Numbered from the stretch's first letter, positions 18,650 through 31,353 are shown. The stretch: DNA of 64,000 bases from Alphaproteobacteria bacterium (GCA_965216755.1 CBDCGL010000011.1:2688001-2752000), one strand, 5' to 3'. Notes: generated from the letters alone by a model not told the origin. Numbers and translations: made by a program.

Positions 18650-19930
18650 ATGAGCATGGCCTTGCTGCTGACACTGGCAGCTATCTTTGTTCTGATCCTT
18701 TTCTCAGCCTTTTTTTCCGGGTCGGAGACAGCGCTGACCGCGGCTTCGCGCGCGCGAATTCATCAGCTGGAAGCCGAGGGCCACGGTCGCGCGCGCTTGG
18801 TCAGTCTGCTGATCACCCATAAAGAACGGCTGATCGGCGCCATCCTTCTAGGCAACAACTCGGTCAATATTCTGGCGTCGGCCTTGGCCACCGGCGCCCT
18901 TATCAGCGTGTTTGGTGAAGCCGGAATCATTTACGCCACCGTCGGCATGACCCTGCTGGTGTTCATTTTCGCGGAAGTGCTGCCAAAGACTTACGCCATC
19001 CGCCACGCCGACAGAACGGCGTTGGCGGTCGCGCCAACCCTGCGCCTGTTGGTCGCCCTTTTGTCACCGCTCGCCGATGCCGTGCAATATTTGGTGGCCG
19101 GTTTGTTGCGCCTGGTGGGTGGCAGCCCGGACCCGCGTGGCGCCTTTACGGTATCCGATGAAATCCGCGCGGTCATCGACATGCACGCCCGCGAAGGATC
19201 CATGCGCAAGCACTATCGCGACATGCTGCGCAGCGTGCTGGACTTGTCAGAGGTCGAGGTGGGCGAAATCATGGTGCATCGCAAATCGATGGCGACCATC
19301 GAAGCCAGCCTCCCGGCCGGGCAGATCGTCGCCCAGGTTCTGGACAGCCCGTTTACGCGAATTCCCCTGTGGCGCGACGACCCCGACAACATCGTCGGCG
19401 TGCTTCATGCCAAGAACCTGTTCAAGACGATCCAGGGCCAAACTGACGGCGCCGCCGAGGTCGCCATTGCCGACGTGGCAAGCGAACCGTGGTTTGTCCC
19501 CGACACCACGACACTGGCCGACCAATTGGCGGAATTTCGGCGCCGGCGCGAACATTTCGCTTTGGTCGTCGACGAATATGGCGCCTTGATGGGCCTCGTC
19601 ACCTTGGAAGATATTCTTGAGGAGATTGTCGGCGAAATCGTCGACGAGCATGATCGGCCGACACGCGGTGTGCAATTGCAACCGGATGGCAGCTATCTGG
19701 TTGACGGCGCCGTCACCATCCGCGATCTCAACCGCGCCTTTGACTGGCGCTTGCCGGACGACGAGGCGTCGACCGTGGCCGGGTTGGTGATTCACGAAGC
19801 CAAACGGATCCCGGAAATGAGCGAACGGTTCCGACTGCATGGTTTCGACATTGAGATCATCGGCCGCAAAGGCAATCAAATTACCGCCCTGAGGCTCCAG
19901 GCATCGCCCACGGCGCCGGAACCGGAATAG
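18650..19930 (+). CDS. HlyC/CorC (CNNM-CBS) family transporter
   Basis: SAFFSGSETA, FAEVLPK, CBS pair, VVDEYG..TLEDILEEIVGEI.DE. Confidence 0.93.
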   Translation: MSMALLLTLAAIFVLILFSAFFSGSETALTAASRARIHQLEAEGHGRARLVSLLITHKERLIGAILLGNNSVNILASALATGALISVFGEAGIIYATVGMTLLVFIFAEVLPKTYAIRHADRTALAVAPTLRLLVALLSPLADAVQYLVAGLLRLVGGSPDPRGAFTVSDEIRAVIDMHAREGSMRKHYRDMLRSVLDLSEVEVGEIMVHRKSMATIEASLPAGQIVAQVLDSPFTRIPLWRDDPDNIVGVLHAKNLFKTIQGQTDGAAEVAIADVASEPWFVPDTTTLADQLAEFRRRREHFALVVDEYGALMGLVTLEDILEEIVGEIVDEHDRPTRGVQLQPDGSYLVDGAVTIRDLNRAFDWRLPDDEASTVAGLVIHEAKRIPEMSERFRLHGFDIEIIGRKGNQITALRLQASPTAPEPE

Positions 19931-19948
19931 GCCACCCGACCACCGCGC

Positions 19949-20230
19949 CTATTGCCGCGCCGCCGCCTCGGCAGGGGTCAACGCACTGATCGACAAGGCG
20001 TGCAAGCCGGCGGCGAATTCGTCGCCCAACAGGCCATAGATGGTTCGTTGGCGCGCAACCCGGCTTTGGCCCTCGAAGCTTGCCGACGCGATTTCGACCC
20101 GAAAATGCGTTTCACCGCCTTCGCGATAGCCAGCATGACCGACATGCTGGTGCGATTCGTCGATGATCTCCAAATGTGTGGGCGCCAGGGCCTCGACCAG
20201 CTTGCGGCGAATCGTCTCGGCGACCGTCAT
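19949..20230 (-). CDS. bolA: BolA family protein
   Basis: DESHQHVGH, GETHF, SRVARQR, LHALSI. Confidence 0.92.
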   Translation of the reverse strand: MTVAETIRRKLVEALAPTHLEIIDESHQHVGHAGYREGGETHFRVEIASASFEGQSRVARQRTIYGLLGDEFAAGLHALSISALTPAEAAARQ

Positions 20231-20373
20231 GATCGCGGCCAAACGGTGGGAATCATGTTTGCCAGCCTTTCCGTTTCGGGCTCTCCGTTTCGCCTGGCCT
20301 GGGCCCGGTTGTCAACATTCTTTGCAATGCAGCATTGCTTGTCAGTCGGGTCCAGGGCGCGCATATTTCCGTC

Positions 20374-20979
20374 ATGGCCCGCACGCGCCCCAAAGACCCC
20401 GGATTGCGCAATATCATCGACTTCACCGATGAGAGCTTTGACGAGCGCGGCCAACGGCTCTGCGAGTGGCCGGGATGCGAGACGCTGGCCGAGTTTCGGG
20501 CGCCACGATCCCGCACGCGTTTGCGTGATTTTCGCTGGTTTTGCCTCGACCATGTGCGCGAGTACAACGCCGCGTGGAATTACTTTGCTGGTCTCGATGA
20601 AGGTGAAATCGAGCATATTCGGCAACGAGATACAGTTTGGCATCGACCAAGCTGGCCGCTTGGATCGGCAGCCAACGGCGACGACGGGCGCGACGGCACG
20701 ACGTGGCGGGGCCGCGAGTCGTTTTTCCGTGAGTCGCGCGATGATTTCGGTCTCTTCGGCGAGAGTCCCGAGGCCGCGGCGCCCGATCCGGAGCGCGATC
20801 AAGCCCTGGCGGCGCTCGACCTGGATCGCGCGGCAACAGACAATGACATCAAAGCGCGCTATAAAGCGTTAGTGAAAAAATACCACCCAGACGCCAATGG
20901 TGGCTGCAAGGCTTCCGAAGAGCGCTTTAAGGCGATAAACAACGCCTACACATATCTGACCAAAGCCGATCAGGCCTGA
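20374..20979 (+). CDS. J-domain protein (cobS-associated)
   Basis: [30 protein letters not shown]-domain. Confidence 0.9.
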   Translation: MARTRPKDPGLRNIIDFTDESFDERGQRLCEWPGCETLAEFRAPRSRTRLRDFRWFCLDHVREYNAAWNYFAGLDEGEIEHIRQRDTVWHRPSWPLGSAANGDDGRDGTTWRGRESFFRESRDDFGLFGESPEAAAPDPERDQALAALDLDRAATDNDIKARYKALVKKYHPDANGGCKASEERFKAINNAYTYLTKADQA

Positions 20980-21013
20980 TCAGAGGCTCGCAACACTTCG
21001 ACGGAATTGTCCG

Positions 21014-22015
21014 ATGGCATCTCCTCCTGTGGCCGAGGCACAGGCCGCACATCATGACGCGACGCCCGATATCACCGTGTCGGTGCGCCAGCTCTTTGGT
21101 ATCGAGAGCGATCTGAGCGTCCCGGCGTTTTCGGAACCGACCGAGCACGTCCCCGTGCTGGACGACAGCTATTGTTTCGACCATGAGACAACCTTGGCAA
21201 TTTTGGCCGGTTTCGCCTTTAACCGGCGGGTGATGATCCAGGGCTATCACGGCACCGGCAAATCCACCCACATCGAGCAAGTCGCCGCCCGACTGAACTG
21301 GCCGTGCATTCGCGTCAATCTCGACAGCCATATCAGCCGCATCGATTTGGTGGGCAAAGACGCAATCGTCTTGCGCGATGGTCAACAAGTGACCGAGTTC
21401 CGCGAAGGCATCTTGCCATGGGCGTTGCAATCGGCAACCGCCCTGGTGTTTGACGAATATGACGCCGGCCGTCCCGATGTGATGTTCGTGATTCAACGGG
21501 TCTTGGAAGTGGAAGGCAAACTGACACTTTTGGATCAGAACCGGGTCATTCGACCGCACCCGGCGTTTCGTTTGTTCTCGACCGCGAATACGGTTGGACT
21601 GGGCGATACGACCGGTCTCTATCACGGCACGCAACAGATCAACCAAGGCCAAATGGACCGTTGGAACATTGTTGCCACGCTGAATTATTTGCCGCATGAC
21701 GCGGAAGTCGAGATTGTGTTGGCGAAAGCGCCCAAATACAAAACCAAGCAAGGCCGCAAGCGCATCGCGGCGATGGTCGAGTTGGCCGACCTGACACGGG
21801 CCGGGTTTGTCGCCGGTGACATCTCGACCGTGATGTCGCCGCGCACCGTGATCACATGGGCTGAAAATGCTGAAATGCTGGGCGATTTGGGGTTCGCGTT
21901 TCGGTTGACATTTTTGAACAAGTGCGACGAGCTGGAGCGCCCCTTGGTGGCAGAGTATTACCAACGGTGCTTTGGTGAGGAATTGCCCGAGTCCGCGGCG
22001 CGCGCGCTGAGCTAG
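21014..22015 (+). CDS. cobS: Cobaltochelatase subunit CobS
   Basis: [38 protein letters not shown]. Confidence 0.97.
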   Translation: MASPPVAEAQAAHHDATPDITVSVRQLFGIESDLSVPAFSEPTEHVPVLDDSYCFDHETTLAILAGFAFNRRVMIQGYHGTGKSTHIEQVAARLNWPCIRVNLDSHISRIDLVGKDAIVLRDGQQVTEFREGILPWALQSATALVFDEYDAGRPDVMFVIQRVLEVEGKLTLLDQNRVIRPHPAFRLFSTANTVGLGDTTGLYHGTQQINQGQMDRWNIVATLNYLPHDAEVEIVLAKAPKYKTKQGRKRIAAMVELADLTRAGFVAGDISTVMSPRTVITWAENAEMLGDLGFAFRLTFLNKCDELERPLVAEYYQRCFGEELPESAARALS

Positions 22016-22021
22016 TCGATC

Positions 22022-23902
22022 ATGTCGCGGCCGGACACGGCATATTTGGAAGCTTTCAAGCGGGCGGTTGCGGGCACTGTCAGGGCGCTGTCGCACGAGC
22101 GCGAATTGGTGGTCAGTTTCGGCGCCACGACGCCGCGGGTAGAACCCGGACAAGCGCATCTGCCGCCGCCGCCGCGCGAACCCACCGATGAAGAACTTGG
22201 CGAAGTGCGTGGCCATGGCGACGCACTGGCCTTGCGTTTGCGCTATCACGACGACGGCGTCCATGCGGAACGCCGGCCCAAGGGAGAAACCGCGCGCGCG
22301 ATTTATGACGCAGTGGAGCAAGCGCGCTGTGAAGCGCTGGGCGCGCGCCGCATGGTTGGTCTGGCGCAAAACCTGGAAGCCGCTGTCGATGCCGATTGCC
22401 GGGCCCAGGGGTTCGATCGGGTGGTCCACCGCGACGATGCGCCGATCGTCGACGCCATCAAGTTGCTCGCCCGCGAGCGCTTGACCGGCATGCCGCCACC
22501 GGAAAGCGCTCGCGACATGGTGGATTTGTGGCGACCGTGGCTGGAATCGAAAGTCAGCAGCGATTTTGACGCCCTGGCGGGGGAGCTGGACGACCAGGCC
22601 GTCTTTGCGCGCCGTTTGCGGCGCCTGATTGCCCGTTTAGATTTTGCCGACGAGGACGAGAGCGACGCCGACTCCGACAGCGATTCGACCGAACAAACCG
22701 ACGATCCCGACAGCGTCCAGGGCGAGAGCGACTCCGAACAACGCGACGACGCCACGGATCCAAGCGCGACGCCGACCGGCGACGCGCAGGACGCCGAAGC
22801 AGCCCAGGCCGAAGAAGCCGACGCCGATACCTTGGAAGATGCCTTGAGCACTGGTGGCGACGAGGCTCCGGCCGACGGTCAACCGTGGCGGCCGCCATTC
22901 GATCGCTGGAACGAGCGCGGCGCCGACTATCGCGTTTTTACCACCGACTTCGATGAGGTGGTCGATGCACAAGACTTGTGTGAACTTGACGAACTGACGC
23001 GGCTGCGTGCCCACCTGGATCAGCAATTGCGCAGCCTGCAAGGCCTGGTTGCGCGCCTGGCCAACCGATTGCAACGTCAGTTGTTGGCCAAACAGACGCG
23101 TGCATGGGATTTTGATTTGGACGAAGGCTTGCTGGACAGCGCGCGATTGGCGCGCGTGGTCGCCAATCCCATGTACCCGCTTTCCTATAAGCAGGAAAAA
23201 GAGACGACCTTCCGCGATACGGTGGTGACGCTGCTGCTCGACAACTCCGGATCCATGCGTGGGCGCCCCATCACGGTGGCCGCGATGAGCGCGGATATCC
23301 TGGCGCGCACGCTAGAGCGCTGCGGCGTGAAAGTCGAAATCCTCGGATTTACGACGCGCTCGTGGAAGGGCGGGCGCGCGCGCGAACGTTGGCTGGCGGA
23401 TGGTAAGCCGGGCAATCCCGGGCGCCTCAACGAACTACGGCATATTATCTATAAGTCGGCTGATTCGCCTTATCGCCGGGCACGGAAAAGCTTGGGTCTG
23501 ATGTTGCGAGAAGGTCTGTTAAAAGAAAATATCGACGGCGAAGCCTTGCTTTGGGCCCACGATCGCCTTCTTGGACGGCCCGAGGAACGGCGCATTTTGA
23601 TGGTCATTTCCGATGGGGCGCCGGTCGACGATTCCACTTTGTCCGTGAATTCCGGCAACTATCTCGATCGGCATCTGCGCAATGTCATCGGCTGGATCGA
23701 ATCGCAGTCGCCGGTCGAACTGGTCGCCATCGGCATCGGCCATGATGTTGGCCGCTATTACCGACGGGCGGTGACAATCGTCGATGCCGAACAACTGGGT
23801 GGCACGATGACAGAAAAGCTGACCGAGCTTTTTGATGATGCAAATCCGGCGCCGCAGCAATCCGTACCAGCACGGGGCCGCCGCTTGCAACGCAGCGCCT
23901 GA
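22022..23902 (+). CDS. cobT: Cobaltochelatase subunit CobT
   Basis: Acidic linker, v[37 protein letters not shown]. Confidence 0.97.
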   Translation: MSRPDTAYLEAFKRAVAGTVRALSHERELVVSFGATTPRVEPGQAHLPPPPREPTDEELGEVRGHGDALALRLRYHDDGVHAERRPKGETARAIYDAVEQARCEALGARRMVGLAQNLEAAVDADCRAQGFDRVVHRDDAPIVDAIKLLARERLTGMPPPESARDMVDLWRPWLESKVSSDFDALAGELDDQAVFARRLRRLIARLDFADEDESDADSDSDSTEQTDDPDSVQGESDSEQRDDATDPSATPTGDAQDAEAAQAEEADADTLEDALSTGGDEAPADGQPWRPPFDRWNERGADYRVFTTDFDEVVDAQDLCELDELTRLRAHLDQQLRSLQGLVARLANRLQRQLLAKQTRAWDFDLDEGLLDSARLARVVANPMYPLSYKQEKETTFRDTVVTLLLDNSGSMRGRPITVAAMSADILARTLERCGVKVEILGFTTRSWKGGRARERWLADGKPGNPGRLNELRHIIYKSADSPYRRARKSLGLMLREGLLKENIDGEALLWAHDRLLGRPEERRILMVISDGAPVDDSTLSVNSGNYLDRHLRNVIGWIESQSPVELVAIGIGHDVGRYYRRAVTIVDAEQLGGTMTEKLTELFDDANPAPQQSVPARGRRLQRSA

Positions 23903-23904
23903 AC

Positions 23905-24897
23905 GTGTTCCCAGCTGTTCGTCGGATCTGGCGATTGCGGCACGCGCTGATAGGTTGTGTGGCGGGTGTCTTGGCATTGGCTGCCAGTTGCGCCAGCGCG
24001 CAAAACGATGGCGTGCGCGCGCGCCCGATCCCCTTGGTCGAAAACAACCCTCGCCAGGATCGCATCGGCCCGTTGCTCTATCGCGGCGGATTGGCGCTGA
24101 CGTCCAGCGACTCACGTTTTGGTGGCCTGTCAGGGCTGGTGGTCAGCGACGACGGCCGTCGAATGTTGGCGGTCAGCGATACCGGATGGTGGTTGCGCGC
24201 TGAACTTGTCTATGACCCATCCGGCAACCTTGTTGATATGACGGCGGTGGAATTGGCGCCGTTGTTGGGACCTGATGGGACGCCGCAAAGTGGCAAACAG
24301 GCCGGCGACGCCGAGGCATTGGTGCGGACCCCGGACGGGGCTTTCCTGGTCAGCTTTGAGGGCCGCCACCGTTTATGGCGATATGACTCGATCGACGCCG
24401 TCGCGGGCCCGTTGCCCGTTCCCGCCGCGCTGGCCAACGCGCCACGTAACGGCGGCCTTGAAGCGGTCGGCCCGCTGCCCGATGGCGGTCTGCTGGCCCT
24501 CACCGAATCGTATCAAACCTCGGATGACGCGGTTCGCGGCTGGGTGATCACACAAGACACGTTTGCACCGATTGACTATCCGTTTGGCGGCTACTTCAAG
24601 CCAACCGATTTGACCTTGTTGGCAGATGGGCGCGTTTTGGTCTTGGAGCGCGGTTATACGCCTGTCGCCGGGGTCAAGGCGCGCCTGATGCTGATGACGA
24701 CCGAAGATCTGGGTCGGGCCGGGCCTGTCGGTCTGACCGAGATTGCTCGGTTGGCGCCACCGGTCTCAGTCGACAATTTTGAAGGACTGGCCAGCCGCCA
24801 AAATGACGCCGGGGAAACGGTCCTCTATTTTCTGTCGGACGACAATTTCAATCCGCTGCAACGTACTTTGCTGCTGCAGTTCGTGCTTACATCATAG
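23905..24897 (+). CDS. Esterase-like activity of phytase family protein
   Basis: FGGLSGL, AVSDTG, DAEAL, NGGLEA, DNFEGL, SDDNFNPLQRTLLLQF. Confidence 0.9.
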   Translation: MFPAVRRIWRLRHALIGCVAGVLALAASCASAQNDGVRARPIPLVENNPRQDRIGPLLYRGGLALTSSDSRFGGLSGLVVSDDGRRMLAVSDTGWWLRAELVYDPSGNLVDMTAVELAPLLGPDGTPQSGKQAGDAEALVRTPDGAFLVSFEGRHRLWRYDSIDAVAGPLPVPAALANAPRNGGLEAVGPLPDGGLLALTESYQTSDDAVRGWVITQDTFAPIDYPFGGYFKPTDLTLLADGRVLVLERGYTPVAGVKARLMLMTTEDLGRAGPVGLTEIARLAPPVSVDNFEGLASRQNDAGETVLYFLSDDNFNPLQRTLLLQFVLTS

Positions 24898-25438
24898 CGT
24901 TCGGTTTGTATTGCGGCAGACCGCGCATGACATATCGATAGGGCACCAACAAAATCGCCGCCATGGCGAGCTTGGCGCCATAGTCGCCAACCGCCCATGT
25001 CACCCACGGCAATCCGGTCGCCGCAAAGGCCAGTGAAAAGAACAAAGCGGTGTCGACCGCCGATGCGGTCAGCGAAGAGAACAAGGGCGCCCGCCACCAG
25101 GTGGCCCGACGCAAACGGTCGAAAATGAGAATGTCCAACAGCTGGGCCACCAGGAACGCGGTGCCGGACGCAAACGCGATGCGTGGCCCGGCCGCGATCG
25201 ACAGCAACACGCCGAGCACGAACCCGACCAAAACCACGATTCGGGCCTTGCCTGGACCGAACACGCGATTCGACAGATCCGTGACCAGAAACGCCACCGG
25301 ATAGGTAAACGCGCCCCAGGTCAGCCAGTCATTGATCGGGTATTGTACCGCGATGTTGGAGCTGACCACGACGACGATCATCGCCAGGATCGGCAGCCAC
25401 AACACACGTGCCGTGGTCATAAGTGAATGCGTCGTCAT
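24887..25438 (-). CDS. Queuosine precursor transporter (VUT/YhhQ family)
   Basis: SNIAVQYP, TWGAFTYPVAFLVTDL, RIAFASGTAFLVAQLLD, DTALFF. Confidence 0.9.
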   Translation of the reverse strand: MTTHSLMTTARVLWLPILAMIVVVVSSNIAVQYPINDWLTWGAFTYPVAFLVTDLSNRVFGPGKARIVVLVGFVLGVLLSIAAGPRIAFASGTAFLVAQLLDILIFDRLRRATWWRAPLFSSLTASAVDTALFFSLAFAATGLPWVTWAVGDYGAKLAMAAILLVPYRYVMRGLPQYKPNAMM

Positions 25439-26640
25439 GTCACCGTCGTCTTGCGCCTGTGGACCTCTGGGCGGGCCAGGAAATCGGGCCGCAAATTCAC
25501 CCCCAGGCCAGCCCCTTCAGGGGCTCTGATGTGGCCTTCATCGATCGGCGGTAGGGCCGTGAGAATGTCCTGATACCAACCATAATAGTAGGCCCGCGTG
25601 ATTTCTTGCTCAGCCACATTGGTGGCCCACTGCGCGAAATGGACCGCCGCCGTCAGCGCCACCGGCCCGGTGCAGTCATGGACCGCGACCGGCAGGCGCC
25701 AGGCATCGGCCAGCGTCGCGACGCGGCGGCCGATTGTCAGCCCGCCGCCCCAGCATAAATCGAAAATCGGTACATCGACGGCACCACTCTCGATCAATCC
25801 GCGATACGCGGCGACGCCGCCAAGGGTCTCGCCGGCGGCAACCGGGCTGGCACATGACGCCGCGTAGGTCGCCAAATCGCCAACATGGTCGAGCCGCACC
25901 GGATCTTCGATCCATGACAGATCGAAGTCTTTCAATGCAGCGGCGATGCGCCGCGCAGGCGGCAAATGCCACAGGCCATGCATTTCCGCCTTGAGCTCGA
26001 TGCGGTCGCCGACAGCCGCGCGAACTTTTTCAAACGGCTTCAGACCCGTTCCCAGTTCTTGGTTGGAGATCCATAGGCCCTGATTGGCCTCGGCGGCGAA
26101 ATCGAATGGCCAGATCTTCATGCCACCGATGCCCATTTCCAACAGCTCATGGGCCAGTTCGTCAGGGCGGTTGAGAAACGCGTCGAGGTCCTCATAGACC
26201 TTGCGGTCGCCGCCCTGACCAAGGCCGAAATTGTGCGGGCGAATACCCGTTGACCGGCGCATGTAGCCGGGGCCCGCGCAGGTATTGTAGACGCGCACGC
26301 GTTGCCGACAGGCGCCGCCCAACATCTGGGTGATGGGGTAGCCGGCGGCCTGGCCCCAAATATCCCACAACGCGATATCGACCGCGGAGACCGCACGCAT
26401 TTCGGCGCCGCTATTGGCAAACCCTAGGTAAAACCCCAAGGCGTGAGGCCAGGATTCGATCGCCAAAGGGTCACCGCCAATGAGCTTTGGCGCGACCCAA
26501 TCGTGCAAATGGGATTCAACCGGGCCGACACCGAAATAACTTTCGCCCAGCCCGGTCAGCCCCGCATCCGTGTGGACCAGAACCCAAATGAGATTCGGAA
26601 ACAGATCGCACCGAACGGTTTCAAGCGCGCTGATTTTCAC
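25435..26640 (-). CDS. Mandelate racemase/muconate lactonizing enzyme family protein
   Basis: GLTGLGE, SAVDIALWD, YNTCAG, MKIWPFD, WIEDP, GE, HDCTGPV. Confidence 0.9.
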   Translation of the reverse strand: MKISALETVRCDLFPNLIWVLVHTDAGLTGLGESYFGVGPVESHLHDWVAPKLIGGDPLAIESWPHALGFYLGFANSGAEMRAVSAVDIALWDIWGQAAGYPITQMLGGACRQRVRVYNTCAGPGYMRRSTGIRPHNFGLGQGGDRKVYEDLDAFLNRPDELAHELLEMGIGGMKIWPFDFAAEANQGLWISNQELGTGLKPFEKVRAAVGDRIELKAEMHGLWHLPPARRIAAALKDFDLSWIEDPVRLDHVGDLATYAASCASPVAAGETLGGVAAYRGLIESGAVDVPIFDLCWGGGLTIGRRVATLADAWRLPVAVHDCTGPVALTAAVHFAQWATNVAEQEITRAYYYGWYQDILTALPPIDEGHIRAPEGAGLGVNLRPDFLARPEVHRRKTTVT

Positions 26641-26682
26641 AAGTTCGGGTCCCCGTCCGCGGAACGCGGGACATTGGGCGCG

Positions 26683-26976
26683 CTACTCGGCGCGCGCGGC
26701 GGCAGCCCTGGCGATGCGCTTTTTCAAACGCCGCGCCTCCAACGGCAAATCGCGGTCGCGGGCTTTCATCAGAAAGGCATCGAGCCCGCCGCGATGTTCG
26801 ACGGTGCGCAGCGCGCTGGTGCTCAGCCGCACGCGCACCGTTTGATCCAAGGCATCGCTATAAAGCGAGGTCGATTGCAAGTTCGGCAGGAACCGTCGCC
26901 GGGTCTTGTTGTGGGCATGGCTGACATTGTTGCCGGCCAGCACGGTCTTACCGGTCAATTGGCAGCGTCGCGCCAT
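26683..26976 (-). CDS. rpmB: 50S ribosomal protein L28
   Basis: [29 protein letters not shown]. Confidence 0.97.
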   Translation of the reverse strand: MARRCQLTGKTVLAGNNVSHAHNKTRRRFLPNLQSTSLYSDALDQTVRVRLSTSALRTVEHRGGLDAFLMKARDRDLPLEARRLKKRIARAAAARAE

Positions 26977-27079
26977 GATGAAATCTCCTGCCTCGAATTG
27001 GTCTTGCGCACGCGATATCAAAGCCGCGACTCGGCGGTCGCGTGCGGAAACGGGGTTCTAAGCCAGGCTTGGGAAACCG

Positions 27080-28087
27080 TCAAGTCTCGCCCTCGGCGTT
27101 GTCGACAATCGCGTCAAGCAGCGCTTGTGCCGCAACCGGCGCCGCCATGGTGCCGTCGGCCACTGCTGTCTCCAGCGCCGGCAGGCGCTTTGCGACACGC
27201 GGGTTCGTCTGCAACAGCAATTGAAAACTGTCGGCAATGTCGGCCCACATCCAGCCGATGCGCTGTTCGGCCCGGCGTGCCAGAAAAGCGCCGGTGTCGG
27301 TCATCGCCCGGCGATACGCCGTGACTTGTTCCCAAATGGCGTCGAGGCCGCGCCCGTCGAGCGCCGAACAAGTTAAGACCGCGGGTGACCAGCCCGGCGA
27401 TCCAGGCCGCAGCAGGCCCAACGCCGCGTGATATTCCGCGCGCGTGCGCTGGGCGGCGGCTGCCAAATCTCCGTCATCTTTGTTGACCAGCACCAGATCG
27501 GCGATCTCGACGATTCCGCGTTTCAGACCCTGCAATTCGTCACCAGCCGCCGGCGCGACCAAAAGCAAGAACATGTCGACCATATCGCGCACCGCGAATT
27601 CCGACTGGCCGACGCCCACGGTTTCGACGACGACCAAATCATAGCCAGCCGCTTCGCAAACGGCGATGGTCTCTTGAGTACGCCGGGCAACACCGCCCAA
27701 GGTGCCGCCGCTGGGGCTCGGCCGAATGAAGGCCTGATCGTGACGCGCCAATTCGGGCATGCGGGTCTTGTCGCCAAGAATGGCGCCACCGCCCAAGGCG
27801 CTGGAGGGATCGACCGCCAGCACGGCGACCCGGTGGCCCAATCCAATCAAAAACAATCCGAAGGCTTCGATGAAGGTGGATTTACCAACCCCCGGCGCAC
27901 CCGAAATGCCCAATCGGAGTGTCGGCGTGTCGCGATGCGGCAAGACTTCCGCTAGGGCGACGGCGGCACGTCGATGGTCGACGCGGCGCGATTCGACCAA
28001 TGTGATAGCGCGGGCCAGCGCGCGCCGGTCGCCCGCGGCGATGGCCTCGGCAAGCGCTTTGGGATCCGGATCCATTTTGCGCGGCAC
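27080..28087 (-). CDS. meaB: Methylmalonyl-CoA mutase-associated GTPase
   Basis: [35 protein letters not shown]. Confidence 0.96.
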   Translation of the reverse strand: MPRKMDPDPKALAEAIAAGDRRALARAITLVESRRVDHRRAAVALAEVLPHRDTPTLRLGISGAPGVGKSTFIEAFGLFLIGLGHRVAVLAVDPSSALGGGAILGDKTRMPELARHDQAFIRPSPSGGTLGGVARRTQETIAVCEAAGYDLVVVETVGVGQSEFAVRDMVDMFLLLVAPAAGDELQGLKRGIVEIADLVLVNKDDGDLAAAAQRTRAEYHAALGLLRPGSPGWSPAVLTCSALDGRGLDAIWEQVTAYRRAMTDTGAFLARRAEQRIGWMWADIADSFQLLLQTNPRVAKRLPALETAVADGTMAAPVAAQALLDAIVDNAEGET

Positions 28088-28094
28088 GTCGCGC

Positions 28095-30248
28095 TTAATC
28101 CGCAGCGGCGCGTCGGTCTCGAATCAGCTGCAAGACTTCACTGGCCGCGACAGGGATGTTTGTGCCTGGTCCATAGACGGCGCTGACCCCCGCCGCCATC
28201 AAGTCATCATAGTCTTGGGGCGGGATCACACCGCCGCACACAACCACGATATCGCCACTGCCGTGCGTCTTCAGCGCCGCGATCATTTGTGGCACCAGAG
28301 TCTTGTGGCCGGCGGCTTGGCTTGACACCCCGATCACGTGCACATCGCTGTCGATGGCCTGACGGGCGGCTTCCTCAGGGGTTTGGAACAATGGGCCGAT
28401 ATCGACGTCGAAACCGATGTCGGCAAACGCGGTGGCGATCACCTTGGCGCCGCGATCGTGGCCGTCTTGGCCCATTTTGACCACCAGCAGGCGCGGCCGG
28501 CGCCCGTCTTCACGTTCGAAGGCGGCGACATCGGCGCGGATTTTGGTGAAAGTCTCGTCATTGGCATAAGCCGATCCGTAAATCCCCGAGACGCTGCGCA
28601 CCACCGCGCGGTGACGCGTAAACACCTTTTCCAGCGCATCCGACACCTCACCCACGGTCGCCCGCGCCCGCACAGTATCAATCGACAAGCCGAGCAAATT
28701 GCCCTCCCCCGACGCCGCGGCCGCCGTCAACGCGTCCAATGTCGCGCGGCAGCGCGCCTCGTCGCGGTTGGCGCGGACGTCTTCGAGCCGCGCAATTTGA
28801 CCGGCGCGCACCTTGCTGTTGTCGATGTCCAAAACCTGCACCGATTCTTGTTGACCGCTCTGGAACTTATTGACGCCGACCACCACTTCCTCGCCGCGGT
28901 CGATGCGTGCTTGCCGTTGCGCCGCCGACTCCTCGATACGCAGTTTCGGCATGCCCGATGCCACCGCCTTGGTCATGCCGCCGAGCGATTCAACTTCGTC
29001 AATCAGAGCCTTGGCATGATGGGCGACGCTGGCGGTCAGCGCCTCGATAAAATAGCTACCACCGAGCGGGTCGATCACTTTGGTTACGCCCGCTTCGTGC
29101 TGCAGAATAAGCTGTGTGTTGCGCGCGATACTGGCCGAAAACGGGGTCGGCAAAGAGACCGCTTCGTCAAAGGAATTGGTATGCAACGATTGGGTACCGC
29201 CAAGCGCGCCGGCCAATCCCTCAACCGTGGTGCGGACGATGTTGTTATACGGGTCTTGCTCGGTCAGGCTGACTCCCGAGGTTTGGCAATGGGTACGCAG
29301 CGCCAGACTCATGTCGTTTTTGGGGCCGAACGGTGCGATCATCTGGGCCCACAATAAGCGCGCCGCGCGCAGCTTGGCAATTTCCATAAAGAAGTTCATG
29401 CCCAGGCAAAAGAAAAATGACAACCGCGGCGCAAACGCGTCGATGTCCAAACCCTTGGCCAAGGCGGCGCGCACATAGTCCAAACCGTCGGCGAGGGTGA
29501 ATGCCAATTCCTGAACGCAGGTCGCGCCGGCTTCCTGGATATGGTAGCCGGATATGGAAATCGAGTTGAACCGCGGCATATGGTTCGCCGTATACTCGAT
29601 GATATCGGCAACAATACGCATGCTCGGTTCCGGCGGATAAATATATGTATTGCGGACCATGAATTCTTTCAGAATGTCGTTTTGAATTGTCCCCGACAAT
29701 TGGTCTTGTTTGACCCCCTGCTCCTCGGCGGCGACGATGTAACCGGCCAACACGGGCAACACGGCACCGTTCATTGTCATCGACACGCTCATTTGATCGA
29801 GCGGAATACCGTCGAACAGAATCTTCATATCCTCGACCGAGTCGATGGCCACGCCGGCCTTGCCGACATCGCCGACAACACGCGCATGATCCGAGTCGTA
29901 GCCGCGGTGGGTGGCCAAATCGAATGCCACCGACAACCCTTTTTGGCCGCGTGCCAGATTGTCGCGATAGAACTGGTTCGACTCCTCGGCGGTCGAAAAG
30001 CCGGCATATTGGCGCACAGTCCAAGGCCGTCCAGGATACATTGTCGCGCGCGGACCGCGAACATAAGGGGGGATGCCGGGCAAACCGTCGACATGTTCCA
30101 GGGCCGCCAAATCCGCTTCCGTATAGAGCGGTTTGACCGCGATGCCCTCCGGCGTGTGCCAGGTCAAGTCGTCAAACGCACGCCCTTTCAATTCTCGTTC
30201 GGCGCGGGCGCACCAATCTTTCAGGGTCGGCTTCGATGATGAGGTCAT
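28095..30248 (-). CDS. scpA: Methylmalonyl-CoA mutase
   Basis: [27 protein letters not shown]12-binding GQDGHDRG; start at MTSSSK. Confidence 0.97.
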   Translation of the reverse strand: MTSSSKPTLKDWCARAERELKGRAFDDLTWHTPEGIAVKPLYTEADLAALEHVDGLPGIPPYVRGPRATMYPGRPWTVRQYAGFSTAEESNQFYRDNLARGQKGLSVAFDLATHRGYDSDHARVVGDVGKAGVAIDSVEDMKILFDGIPLDQMSVSMTMNGAVLPVLAGYIVAAEEQGVKQDQLSGTIQNDILKEFMVRNTYIYPPEPSMRIVADIIEYTANHMPRFNSISISGYHIQEAGATCVQELAFTLADGLDYVRAALAKGLDIDAFAPRLSFFFCLGMNFFMEIAKLRAARLLWAQMIAPFGPKNDMSLALRTHCQTSGVSLTEQDPYNNIVRTTVEGLAGALGGTQSLHTNSFDEAVSLPTPFSASIARNTQLILQHEAGVTKVIDPLGGSYFIEALTASVAHHAKALIDEVESLGGMTKAVASGMPKLRIEESAAQRQARIDRGEEVVVGVNKFQSGQQESVQVLDIDNSKVRAGQIARLEDVRANRDEARCRATLDALTAAAASGEGNLLGLSIDTVRARATVGEVSDALEKVFTRHRAVVRSVSGIYGSAYANDETFTKIRADVAAFEREDGRRPRLLVVKMGQDGHDRGAKVIATAFADIGFDVDIGPLFQTPEEAARQAIDSDVHVIGVSSQAAGHKTLVPQMIAALKTHGSGDIVVVCGGVIPPQDYDDLMAAGVSAVYGPGTNIPVAASEVLQLIRDRRAAAD

Positions 30249-30411
30249 GACATGTTTCCGTTGCACCGCAGCAAAAGATATTGGACACGCCGCCCCCCGG
30301 TCAACGACCCGACAAATCCGGCGGGCGACGCAAGGCTGGATCGCCGATCGCAACCTGTATAGCCTGAACGGCGTCAAACAGTTGCCGGAAATCAACGACA
30401 AGGAGACAGCC

Positions 30412-31353
30412 GTGGCGGACGTGCATCCGGAACTCCGCGCCCTGTTGGCGGATATCGAAACCGCCGGCTATCCCGATCAAACGACATTGGCGCCGCCGGA
30501 AGCGCGCAAGATCACCGACGACCGCGCCAACCGGTTTTATGGACTAAAGGAACCGGTGGCCAAGCTGGCCGAGATCGCGGTGCCGGGCGCGCGCGGGCCG
30601 CTGGACGCGCGTATCTATCACGCCAGCGACACGTCGCCACTGCCGATCATGGTCTATTTCCATGGTGGTGGCTGGGTGCTGGGAAGTCTGGACAGCCACG
30701 ATCGCGGGGTGCGCGCGCTGACCAATGCCGCTGGCTGTGTCAGCGTGTCGGTGGCGTATCGTTTGGCGCCGGAGGATCCGTTTCCGGCGGCCGTTGAGGA
30801 CTGTTTCGCGGCGGTAAAATGGATCGCGGAAAACGCGTTATCGTTTGGTGGCGATGGCGCGCGCCTGGCCGTCGGCGGCGACAGCGCCGGTGGCAACCTG
30901 GCCGCTGTCACGGCGCTCCAATGCCGTGACGCCGGCGGCCCCAAGCTCAGCTTTCAATTGTTGATCTATCCCGTGCTCGACTGCAATTTTGAAACCGAGT
31001 CCTATCGCGCCAAGGCCGACGCGCCGATGTTGACTCGCGACCGCATGCGCTATTTTTGGGAGCAGTACGTCCCCAATGAAAGCCAGCGCGGCGACTGGCG
31101 GGCGGCGCCCATGAAGGCCGTCGACTTGTCCGGGTTACCGCCAACTTTGATCTTGTCGGCCGCCCATGACCCTTTGTGTAGCGAAGGAGAAGCCTATGCC
31201 GCGCGGCTCGAAGCGGCCGGCGTCGCCGCCGACTATCGCTTGTACCCACGCATGACCCACGCCTTTTTTCAGGCGCCGTCGCGGTTGCAGGATTCGCGCG
31301 ACGCCATCGACACCGCGGGCGCAGCCTTCAAAGCGGCAATGGACCGCGCGTGA
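30412..31353 (+). CDS. Alpha/beta hydrolase, HSL/Aes-type esterase
   Basis: [28 protein letters not shown]; GTG start after RBS AAGGAG. Confidence 0.93.
   Translation: MADVHPELRALLADIETAGYPDQTTLAPPEARKITDDRANRFYGLKEPVAKLAEIAVPGARGPLDARIYHASDTSPLPIMVYFHGGGWVLGSLDSHDRGVRALTNAAGCVSVSVAYRLAPEDPFPAAVEDCFAAVKWIAENALSFGGDGARLAVGGDSAGGNLAAVTALQCRDAGGPKLSFQLLIYPVLDCNFETESYRAKADAPMLTRDRMRYFWEQYVPNESQRGDWRAAPMKAVDLSGLPPTLILSAAHDPLCSEGEAYAARLEAAGVAADYRLYPRMTHAFFQAPSRLQDSRDAIDTAGAAFKAAMDRA

Noticed and set aside
20927-22429. Long antisense ORFs (500 aa here; also 39028-40443, 50821-51891, 28338-29357)
   Set aside because: Shadow frames opposite well-supported genes, as expected in GC-rich DNA; no recognisable motifs
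6220-30248. Cobalamin riboswitch near the metE-like, cobST or mutase genes
   Set aside because: Upstream spacers are short and I found no B12-box (GGGAA...GCCACTG) arrangement
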